Source of the DNA: Strigamia acuminata
Taxonomy: Eukaryota
Direction of reading: 5' to 3'
DNA: 64,000 nucleotides
Assembly: GCA_949358305.1 (NCBI GenBank)
Contig: OX442314.1
Coordinates: forward strand, 28,148,001 to 28,212,000
Positions 34,901 to 46,900 of the stretch are shown here, in pieces. The notes under the pieces are model-generated. The model had not been told where the DNA came from. It did no database searches and saw only the letters and a program-made list of their open reading frames with translations. A program made the translations under genes and the position numbers. Position 1 is the first letter of the stretch, and each line of letters starts with the position of its first letter.

Positions 34901-37900
34901 AACGTGATTATGGAGTACGACAAAGACTGCGACGGAGAGAGATCGGTAACGAGGCTAATGGATTGGCTGAGCAGCTACATCGCTAAACACGCCAAATACG
35001 ACATGATGAAAAGTCAAACTAAACCTGATGCGACAACAAACAAATCGTCATCCACGGATAACGCCCACAACAATAAGGGAAAATTCAAACGAAAAGAAAA
35101 GGAGCCTCGATCTGGATCAGCGTCACAACTGTCTTTAATAATAATAAAATGCCAATTTTGTGATTCCGCAGAACACAACCGAAAACGATGTCCACTCTCG
35201 ATGGAAGAAAGACGTAAAAGACTGCAAAAAAAGGGAATTTGCTTGCGATGCTTGGGAAAAGCACCCCACAAAACTGAGGAGTGCAGGACTCGCATGAAAT
35301 GCTACAGCTGCGAGGGAGCGCACCACACACACGTGTGCGACACGCCAAAATCTACGGAGGTCGTCGAGGGAGTCACCCATTCGAACTCAGTAGTCACCAC
35401 CTGTCCACCCAAGTCCGAATTTTTGATGGTCCAGATGGTGAAGATGGCGGGACCAAAGCTGTCAACGTTGGGAGTGTGCTACATCGATGGAGGAGCCCAG
35501 CGCACCTTCATACGGTCTGAATTGGTGAAAAAACTGAACTTAAAAATTCTAGGAACAGAAACCATCAATTTGGCCGTGTTTGGACAAGAGCCGAGGTCGG
35601 AAATACGCAACAGAGTCGAATTGATTCTCAGCCCCGCCAATTCGAAGTCACCCGCTGTCACGATCGAGGCCATTGAGACTGCCCACGTCACATCCACGCC
35701 CGGAGAGCAACCAAATGGACAACTTAGGGCAGAGTTACAACGAAGGAAAATCGAGGTGGCCTGCAAACAAGTCGCGTTGCATTCAAAAGAAGTGGATTTG
35801 CTGATTGGAGTGGATCATTACTGGCGTGTAATGACAGGTCAAACGGAATTTTTGGAGGAAAATTTAATTGCAGTAAAGACTAAATTTGGTTGGACACTAC
35901 ACGGACAGACCACGAATGGGACAAGAGTCATCGCTGCGCCGGTAAGAATTAACAAAATTACGCTTACCCCATCGACAGATGATCTTTTACGCCGGATGTG
36001 GGAACTGGAATCGATTGGAGTGCGCCACGAGTCGGTCGAAACCGACGACGACGCAGAAACGTTACAAAAATTCGAGAAAACCATCAAATGGACGGGTTCG
36101 AAATATTCCGTGGAACTGCCGTGGATAGTGGACACCAACCAGTTGGATGACAACTACAGAGGAGCTGAACAACGCATCATGTCGCTGATTCGTCGTTTTC
36201 GAAAGCAGCCAAACCTCTACTTGGAATACAAGAAAGTCATTGATGAACAGTTAAAAATGGGAATTGTTGAAGAGATACCAAACCAAACTTCAACTGGACC
36301 AGTATACTACATGCCACACAGTCCGGTGATCAAAGAGGAACGCGTCACCACGAAATTGCGAGTCGTATTTGATGCTTCATCACACCGAAAGGGCTATCTC
36401 TCCTTGAACGATTGCCTATCAAAAGGTATAAACTTTCTACCGTCACTAATATTTATATTGTTAGGATTTCGTCTTGGGAGAGTGGCCATGATAGGTGACA
36501 TTAAAAAAGCATTCCACATGATCGAAATTGCTTTAAAGGACCGCGACGCAACAAGATTTTTCTGGATCGATGAGTGCTGGGACGGCATAGGAAAAGCATT
36601 ATTGAAAGTGCTGCGCCAGACTCGAGTGTTATTTGGAGCTACACCGAGTCCATTCTTACTGAGCGCAACAATCCGACATCACCTGCGCAAATACGAAAAA
36701 AAATACCCAGAAACAGTAAAGTTGTTGTTACGGTGTCTGTACGTGGACGATTTCATCTCGTCGCTCAAGACCGTCGCTCAAGCGCTAATGACATTTCGCC
36801 AGTCCAACTTGATTTTTGCAGCAGCCGGTATGGAACTCGCTAAGTGGCAAACCAATTCGCCCGAACTGAGAACTGAATTTCGAGAGGAATGCCCATCTGA
36901 CGCGACACTGACGTCTAATGAAGACACAAAGGTGCTGGGAATTAGATGGAACCCGAATTTGGACGAATTAGGACTAGCGGTCGTAGAAACTTGCCCACCT
37001 AGCAAGAAAACGACCAAAAGAGAAGTAATCAAAATAACTGCTCAAATTTTTGACCCCTTAGGATTTGCTACACCATTCACCGTGACAGCACGCATGTTTT
37101 TCCAGTCCCTATGGCTGAGGAATTTGCCATGGGATGACGAATTAGACAACGAGTTGCGCGCTGATTGGAAGAAGTGGACCGACCAAATTCCCACTCTAAG
37201 AAAAATTCAAATCCCACGATGGTTGGGACAGGACGAATTTGACCAATGTGAAGTACACATATTCTGCGACGCGAGTCCGAAGGCATATGGGGCGGTGGCA
37301 TACATCCAGAACTCTAATGGTGATTTGATTGAGACTAATTTCATTTTGTCAAAGTGTCGTGTAGCTCCTGTTAAACCACTTACACTGCCAAGACTCGAGC
37401 TCATGGGAGCACTGGTTGCTGTACGTCTCTCCGACCAAATCAAGGAGTTGATGACGCCAGGTGAAATATTTTTTTGGACGGACTCTCAGATATGTCTCCA
37501 TTGGATCAAGAACACATCCAAACGACCACCAACCTTCGTCCACAATCGAGTTTTGGAGATAAGGGAGAAGTCAAAAATTGAAGAGTGGAGACACGTGCCA
37601 GGCGTGGAAAATCCTGCTGACCGCCTGACAAGAGGAATGGACGCAGAAGCATTGATAACCGAGCAACTTTGGTGGCAGGGACCGGACTGGCTACGTGGAA
37701 GTCGTCGAGATTGGCCAAACCTGCCAACAGAGCCGGTCGAAGAGGATGACGAAACGACTGAAACGCACGTCGAAGCCGTGCAAACAGCAGTAACTAATAT
37801 TTTCCCGTTTGCCAGGTTTGGATCGTTTTCAAAAGCAATCCGAACACTGGCATGGGTTTACAGATTTGCTGACAATGCTGGAAAGCGACAGACAGATGCC

Positions 37901-40900
37901 AGCCAACGCGGTCGAGGTCCATTAACTGCAGCTGAGATAAAACGGGCGAAATTCAGCTTGATTCGAATCGCGCAGTCGGACGCTTATGGCCAGGAAATAA
38001 ATCAATTGAGAGATGGCAGACAAATTCAGAGGGATTCAAAATTGCGAGACGTGAATACACAGCTGAACGAGATGGGGTTGATCGAACTGCAAACTCGACT
38101 GCAAAAATCGCGAGATTTGTACACCGCTGTGCAACCTTTGATTTTACCTCCAAACCATAAACTCACGAAATTAATTTTGCAACACTCTCATTTACAGGTC
38201 CTTCATTGCGGATTGACAGCCACACTGTCTAAATTTCGAGAATTATACTGGACACCATCCGCAAGGAGGACCTTAAAATCGATTTTGGACAAATGCGTCG
38301 TCTGCAAAAAGATTCAAGGACGGTTGATGCGAGAAGTGCCAGGCCCCCTCCCAGCAGACAGGACGACTAAGTGCCAACCATTCGCGGTTACTGGGGTCGA
38401 TTTTGCTGGACCGATAATAATAAAGGGACGAACAACCAAAGCTTACATAGCCCTTTTCACGTGTGCAACCATTCGAGCGGTCCATTTGGAACTGGTTCCC
38501 TCATTGTCAACAACAGACTTTTTGGGAGCTTTTGAACGATTCATCAGTCGTAGAGGCCTCCCAAAGACGATGTACAGCGACAACGGGTCCACCTTTCACC
38601 GCGCTCATTTAGAACTTTCATCTCTTTTACGCTCCACCAAAGACGAGGCGTTCCAAAATTATCTGGCTCAAAAGGGAATAGAGTGGAAGTTCATCGTGGA
38701 AAATGCACCATGGTGGGGAGGGTTTTGGGAGAGGATGGTACAGACAGTTAAACGTTGCTTGAAAAAAGTAATCGGATCTGCACACCTCAACTTTTATCAA
38801 TTTGGAACTTTCTTGGCACAGACGGAAGCGGTCATCAACCGTAGGCCCATCACATACGTGTACGAGAAGCCAAGCGAAGCCGAACCACTTACTCCAGCAC
38901 ATTTCTTGACGGGAATCATGCAAACGCACTTGCCGGATTCAGGGTCGACTGAAATACTCGAACCGACTCAAAAGGAATTCGTTCGACAGTGGCAATATCA
39001 ACAACGCATGTTGTCAACATTTTGGTCACGCTGGTCCCGTGAATATTTAAAGGACCTGAAGGTGCAAACGGGAAAATCAGACAAACGTGAGCTGCAAATT
39101 GACGACGTTGTGATAATTGAGGAGCAATTTAAACCCCGTTTGAAATGGAAGATGGGGAGAGTGGTCGAAGTCAGACGAGGTCGCGATGACAAAGTTAGGT
39201 CATGTGAACTCGTGCTCGCGGATGGGGGAAAATTACGTCGACCAGTTCAACGTCTCGTGCGTTTGGAAGTGGGGTCAGACATCCCCTCCCCGCCGGCAGT
39301 GTGAAAATCGAGTGATTTTACGCGTGATATAAACTATTATTTGAATTGCTATTCTCATTTTTGAATTGTTGTTATCTTTTATATTTCAATGTGTTGATTT
39401 GACTTGTGGTTTTAGTTGTTATTTGTGTTTCATTTACCATTTTATTAGATTGAATAGTTTAATATTGTTGTAATATTTCTTATTTTACTGCTTCAATATA
39501 TTTGTATTTCTTATTTGAGTGTTTGACCTGTTCCTCATTTGTAGTACCTTGCCCTGTTAATCCCTTAATTGGTGTGGGTTTTTCCTACCTCTTGAGCGCC
39601 GTCTCATTGGCGCTCTGAACGCGTCATCCACATTCCTCTACCCCTTTTCCCATTGTGTTGAAAATAGAATAAACTTTTAGTGTACCTTTTACCTCTAAAA
39701 CGTGTGGTTGTGCTTTTACTTTGCTCCAACGCCATCTTTGAATTTCACCACCATCTCAACTTTATTCATCCACTTGTATCCAGGACTTTGGAAATTTGTT
39801 TGGTAGATTTGTATTGATTTAAACTTATGCAAATTTAACATGGGTGACGACTGGTTTTATTCATTTATTTATTTATTGGTTTTGCACTCCGCAGAAGTAA
39901 AATACAATGTGTAAAAGTTAATCGAAGTAGTTTTGATTGTTTAATACCGGGTGGCCCACATAAAACCGGCCCGACAATACAAGGAGGGTCAGCAAGGGTG
40001 TCTTAAAAAAATGCATACATCGTTCAATTAAATATACAGTATATATCAATTATTTCAGCTGTGGCAGTGTTGTTTAATCAACGTTTTTGGTGCAGTTTAG
40101 ATTTTGATGATCCAAGCTTTCGTTCTCGAGATAATTGCGTTTTTAATCATTTTTTGTCTCAATTAGCCAAGTTTGATTGTAGTAGTCATTCCTGAATATC
40201 AGATTTTGCGGTTCTTTTGTGGATTTCTTCAGCGGTACTGGTTCCCGGGGGTTTCTTCATTTCGTCGCCGTGTCATTTCGTCGCCATTTTTGGCGACGAA
40301 ATGACACCCAAAACGAAAAAATGGCGACGAAATGAAGGGCGACGAAATGATACGGTTGAACAATCAAAAGAACCCAAACCGAACAGAAGGGCGACGAAAT
40401 GACACGGCGACGAAATGAAGGGCTACGAAATGAAGAAACCCCCCCACCCCGACATCTACCACTTGGGCGCATTGCCCTACGCCGTGGGCAAACTGGGCCT
40501 GTCCTGCCCCATCTTCACCACGTCCGCCGTCTACAAAATGCGTCAAATGGCCATGTACGACGTATTCCAGATTTGAAAGATCGCGAGGATGAACGACATT
40601 TGAACGGCGGCGCGATGGCGACGATCCGCCGACCGTTGTCGTTGATCACCGACGTTTCGGACTCGAATTGCGCGAAGTTAGATTAAGGTATGCGCGAAGG
40701 AAAACTGATGGATCGCGTTCGGCGCATGTTGCAGGGCGGGGGCAACGTTTTGCAGCCCGTGGACGCGGCCGGACGCGTTTTGGAGTTGTTGTGCGTCTTG
40801 GATCGGCAGTGGCAGAAGTATCGACTTCTGGGGTACTCGTTGGTGCTGCTGAGCAATGTCGGGTTCAACGCGGTCGAGGTCGCCAAGTGTCAACTCGAGT

Positions 40901-43900
40901 GAATGTCGGACGAAATGGTTCGCGGGTTCGAGAGGTCGTTTGACAACCCGTTCGCGTTCAAACACGTCAGGTTTTGTCAGTGTGGCGGAGTTGGAGCGAG
41001 TGCCCGGGCCGAAGGTGGTGCTGGCGACGAAATGAAGGGCGACGAAATGATATGGCGACGAAATAATACGTCGACGAAATGATACGGCAACGAAATGATA
41101 AGGTGATAAAATGAGGGCGACAAAATGAAAATTTTTTTTCGAACATACCCTTTATTAAAAAAAAATATAAGGGCGACGAAATGAAGTGACCTCGGTTCCC
41201 GTACAGGTAAACAGTACTTTTAAAAAGTATTGTGTCTCATGGTAGTGGGACTGTACCTATACCACTTTTTTGTACGGTATGGTACCATACAACTTTACTG
41301 TAGCAAATTCTCGCAAAATCTAGCAAAATCTCACAAATCTAGCAAAATCTCGTAAAACCTTCCAAAATTTTGGGCAATCTCCTACTGGTACATTTGAAGA
41401 AATCCACAAAAGAACCTCAAAATCTGAAATTCAGAAATGACTAATGCAATCAAACTTGGCGAATTGAAAGAAAAATTGATTAAAAACGCAATTATCTTGA
41501 GAACAAAAGCTTGGATCATCAAAAACTAAACACCAAACGAAAGAGCGGAAAAAACTGCACCAAAAACGTTGATTAAACAACACTGCCACAACTGAAATAA
41601 TTGACATTTAATTGAACAATCAATGTATTCCTTTTTGTGAGCCACTCGAAGTGACCCTCCTCGTATTGTCGGGCCGGTCTTATGTGGGCCACCCGGTATG
41701 AAATTGTGCGTGCGTCGGTGGAGTTGTTTACTTTTTAAACTTCAAAATTTGACTTCATAAACTTCAAAATTTGACTTTTTAAACTTCAAAATTTGACTTT
41801 TTAAACTTCAAAATTTGACTTTTTAAACTTCAAAATTTGACTTTTTAAACTTCAAAATTTGAATTTACACTTCAAAGTTTTGAATTTACACTTCAAAGTT
41901 TTGAATTTACACTTCAAAGTTTTGAATTTACACTTCAAAATTTTAATTTACAACAGAAATTTCACTCACTGCCTAGCGATTGACGGGGCGACCGGATAAA
42001 CAGTTGACGCAGTGCAAGTGAGGTTGTTTTTTAATTATTTTTTTAAAGTTTTTAAATACTCTTTATTATTTTGGCATTTAGGGGTCCTCATTGCTGCAAA
42101 AGGGCTCATCTTTGCTTCCATAAATTAAAAATTGTGTCTAATCAATCAATAAGAACCAGATTCTCAAATGGGTACGTCACATTAGCAAACAGTGTCGGGT
42201 TAGCAGGTGCTCGTTAGGTAGTCAAGTCATTTTAACACCAATCGCTGAATCAAATAATAACGTAAATAATAGTTATTTGTTATTTATTTATTTGTTTTAA
42301 AATGTTATTTACGTTGCTATTTGATTCAGCGGTTGGTGTTAAAATGACTTGACTACCCAACGAGCACTTGCTAACCCGACGCTGTTTGCCAATGTCACGT
42401 ACAAATTTGAGAATCTGGTTTTAGACACATTTTTTAATTTATGGGAGCAAAGATGAGCCCTTTTGCAGCAATGAGGGCCCCTGAATGCTAAAATAATAAA
42501 GAATATTTAAAAACTTTAAAAAACAATTAAAACACAGTGGAACAGAACACGAAACATGTGAACCTGCCATTATAAAAGCGCGCGACCTTGATTTACTGTC
42601 ACTGTTCAACAGTATTAAATTCGCTCAGCAGACGGCGCTGCAGTATCGCGGATCTTGTCTATTGGAAACGTGATATTGAAATTCGCCATTGGAAACGTGA
42701 TATTGAAATTCGCCATTGGAAACGTGATATTGAAATTCGCCATTGGAAACGTGATATTGAAATTCGCCATTGGAAACGTGATATTGAAATTTGCCATTGG
42801 AAACGTGATATTGAAATTCGCCATTGGAAACGTTATTTCCATTTCCAATGGCGAATCTGTGGGCGTGTCATCTAGCGCGACTGCGACATGAATCTACCGC
42901 GACTTTGGAACTTGTATTTTGGGTATTTCTTCTTCTTCCAATTCCTAAGAATGGCTAACAATGGGGGGGCTGCGCCCCCCCTTGACCTCCCGCGAACCTA
43001 ACCTTACTGGTTTTTTATGCAAAACCATTTTTTTGGGACGGCTTGTCGCTGTCGCAGTAAATAATGTCGCGCTAGATGTGCGCCCCTGCGGCTAATTTCT
43101 TCCATTTCGCCATTGGAAATGTAATTAGACCTTCCTAATGGCGAATTGGTTTAATCTTTACCAATTCGCCATTAGAAAGGTCCAAATACTTTCCTAATGA
43201 CGAATTGGGGGGGGGGGTGCCGTTCTAACGGCGAATCGGCTAAGGGCGAATCTGGCCATTCGGACAAATGGCGAATTTCTATCTTATTCCGTCCAAAAGC
43301 AGTCCCAATGGCAAATTTCTCCCAATTCGCCATTGGGAACGTATTTGGACCTTTCTAATGGCGAATTGGTAGAAATTAGCCACAGGGGTGCACATCTAGG
43401 GCGACATGAATCTGCCGTGACAAGCTGTCCCAAAAAATGGTTTTGCATCAAAAAACCAGTAAGGTTTGTTTCGCGGGGGGGTCAAGGGGGCCGCAGCCCC
43501 TCCTTGTTAGCCCTTCTTAGGAATTGGAAGTCGTGGTAGATGACGCCCACAGATTCGCCATTGAAAATGCAAATAACGTTTCCAATGGCGAATTTCAGTA
43601 TACATGTTTCCAACGGCGAATTTTCCCAGATTCGCCATTGGAAACGTCAAAATAGCTTTCTAATGGCGAATTTTGGAAATTCGCCATTAGGTGATTCGCC
43701 GTTGGAACGGGTACCCGAATTGGGAGAGATTTGCCATTGGGACTGCTTTTCGACAGAATAAAGTAGAAATTCGCCATTCGTCCAAATGGCCAGATTCGCC
43801 ATTGGGCGATTCACCGTTGGAACGGCACCCCAGTTATTCAGCTATCCATCTGTTAGATATTCAAAGTAACGCCAGCCTGTAGACACAAGGCCTGTTGATC

Positions 43901-46900
43901 AAATTGTACCGGTGGCCCAAATCAAACCGGCAAAACAACTCAAGTGTCTTAAAAACAATTATACATTGTTCAATTAAATAGATCTTAATTATTTTAGTTG
44001 TGGGCAGTGCTGTTTAATTACTGTTTCTGGGGCGGTTTTTCCGTTCTTTTGTTTGGTGTTTAGTTTTTGACTATCCGAGCGTTCGTTCTCGAGATATTTG
44101 CACTTTTAATCAATTTTTATCCCAATTCACTAAGTTTGATTGTTCTATACTCTTTGCACACTCAAGAGGAGCCCTGGAATCTTGGCTCCCATTGGCCTAC
44201 CGTAGTCTGATTACTCAGAACTGTAGTTGAAGTTCTACTACAAGGAAAAGTAGTTCCCTATAATTTTTAGTCTTTTTTAGTATAATAATGATTGAAATGA
44301 TGTAATTTTAATGTTATTCTAGAATGAAAAGTATTTTCCATTTTTAAAATAAAGTTTTATGTTGTTTTTATTTTAAAATGCATGTCTGTTAAGTTTATTA
44401 CTTGCTTGGAAATTGATTGCAATGTCTGTACTTCTATTTATATCTGTATGTCTGTATAATGCAGTTCTGGTGTTTTGGGTCTTTTTTATGTATCACTAAA
44501 CAAGTGAAATGGCTTGACCAATGGGAGCCAAGATTCCAGGGCTCCTCTTGAGTGTGGAAAGAGTATAGTCATTCCGGAATTTCAGATTTTGGGGTACTTT
44601 TGTGGATTTCTTCAGCGGTACCGGTGCTGTTACAGGTAATATACTTTTCAAAAATACAGCATTTCGTGGTAGTGCTACTGTACCTGTATCCCTTTTTTGG
44701 TACCACAAGGTGCCAAACTATTAACAAAAACACAAAAATGAAGCAAAATCTCACAAAATCTAGCAAAATCTTGGAAAATCTTGGAAAATCTTGCAATACC
44801 TTAGAACAGCGTTTCCCAAACGATGAAGCGCGAACTGATTTTTGGTGGGGCGCGACGCATCGCTCACAAAAATTTTTTTTTTAAAAAAATTTTAACAATT
44901 AAACTAACTTATAGACATGATGTGCTCCCTCTAGAATAGTGCACTTGTCTTGTCGTCTGGAAGAGTCTATTCTATCTAGGCAATACACAACTGCGAAATT
45001 CAAATCCATTTCAGTTTGTGTGGATGGATAAATGGTTGATAAATACGCCTTCATGCTCATAAAATATATGTAAAATTGTATAAAATTCTTTGCAATATTA
45101 TATAAAAATTTCTTTTTTCTTTTTAGTAGTTCATTTTTGAAAAATTTAATGCACAGGTAGATGAAGTGGGGCGCGGAAGATCGCCTTGCTTAAAAATGGG
45201 GCGCAATGCTAAAAAGTTTGGGAAATCCTGCCTTAGAAAATCTCGAAAAATCTTTAAAACTCTCAAAAAATCTTGGAAATCTCGCAAAATCTTGCAAAAT
45301 CTTGCAAAATCTCGCAAAATTTTGAAAAATCTCGCAAAATCTTGAAGAATCATGCAAAATCTTGCAAAATCATAGAAAATCTAGGAAAATCTCACGCCAT
45401 CTCATGCCGGTACATTTGAAGATATCCACAAAACTACTGCTGAATTAACATAAAATCTAAAATTCAGGAATGACTAGTACAACCAAACTTGGCGAATTGG
45501 GACAAAAATTGATTAAAATATACTCTTGTTCGACTCAAAACGGTGGCCTTCTCTCATTGGCCAAGCCGTATCACTGGTGTAGTGATCCAAAAATATAGAC
45601 CCAAACACCAGAAATGTATTCAATGTACAGACATTGTAATCAATTGCCTAGGTAACAGCCAAAATTTCAAAATAGTGTGCTTTCCAGACAAAGCAACCAA
45701 TAAACAGAACAAATATGAGTTTTACATTTATTTGTGCATAAAACTTTATTTCCTAAATGGAAATAACATTTTACAATAAAATACAATTAAAATTATATCA
45801 ACTTAAATGGTAATAGCAATCGCAAAACATAATAAAAATAAAAACTACTTCCCCTAGTGGTAGTAATATAGACAGGAGTTATGAGTAATGCGGCTTGGCC
45901 AATGGGAGAAAGCCACCCCTTTGAGTCGACCAAGAGTATGGTATGCAAATATCTTGAGAACGAAAGCTCGGATTGTCAAAAACTAAACACCAAACGAAAG
46001 AGAGGAAATAACTGCACCAGAAATGTTAATGAAACAACTCTGCCCACAACTAATTGGTAATATACAGGGTGTCCCAAAAGTCCGAACCACCCTAAATATT
46101 TCGTGAGCAATTGCATCTAAGCCAACTTTGATGAAATGATCGTATAAAAAGTTGGGTGAGAGCAATTCAATGATGTCATCAAATTTGACCTTGAAGGCCA
46201 TTTTCAAGGTCATTTACTTGCTAACTTCTAAACCAATTAGGTTAGAGAAAAATTTTCAATTACAAAGATGTAGAACACCATCTAATTAGTCTAGAACTGT
46301 TCTTAAAAAAATTATCTCTGAAAAGTTTTGAGAAAAAAAGGTTTGAAACATTGGTCTACTCACAGTCAGCTTTGTAACCTAAAACTATTGAGGCAACCAA
46401 GCTAATCCTCAATTAGGACAATTTATTGGGTCATACTTGTAAGTAGAAGAGAGGAAACACAAAAGAAAGAAAATAATTTATTTTGGAAATACATTTCACA
46501 TGATAGTTTTAGGTTACAAAGCTGAGTAGACTAACATTTCAAACCTTTTTTTCTCCAAACTTTTCAGTAAAAAATATTTTTTTAAGAATAGTTCTAGACT
46601 AATTAGATGATGGATGCTCTACAACTTTGTAATTGAAAATTTTGCTCTAACCTGATTCGTTTAGAAGTTAGCAAGTGAATGACCTTGAAAATGACCTTTG
46701 AGGTCAAATTTGAGGATCCCATCAGATTCGCAATGAAAGATTTCCCCCTATGAGTTTTTCTTCAGTTTTCTGATATCTCAAGTATTTTGGAAATTACTTG
46801 GGGCGGTTCAGACTTTTGGGACACCCTGTATATTTAAATGAACGATGTATAAATTTTTTTTGAAACACCCTGTATTTTCCGGCAGGTTTTATTTGGGCTA

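Larger units (their letters stand above)
39947..41696. mobile_element. MITE (CCGGGTGGCCCACATA TIRs) hosting the gene-carrying element
   Basis: Long TIRs with TA duplication. Confidence 0.9.
32788..43831. mobile_element. Mutator-like non-autonomous element (9-bp TSD) hosting nested insertions
   Basis: AGTTATTCA at 32779-32787 and 43832-43840. Ends GGTACCCGTTC / GAACGGCACCCC, with abundant TTCGCCATTGG subterminal repeats. The site is empty in IR-D (~62075). Confidence 0.75.

Noticed and set aside
34077..39192. Numerous short antisense ORFs in the BEL and copia coding regions
   Set aside because: Expected shadows of long sense ORFs; no motifs.
40260..41190. GGCGACGAAATGA repeats with short variable spacers as a CRISPR array
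   Set aside because: The repeats are 13 bp, occur in both orientations, and are subterminal repeats of a TSD-flanked element.
42588..42891. Repeat proteins (HWKRDIEIR)n or a CRISPR-like array
   Set aside because: A head-to-tail 27-bp minisatellite with no spacers, within a transposon end, in eukaryotic DNA.
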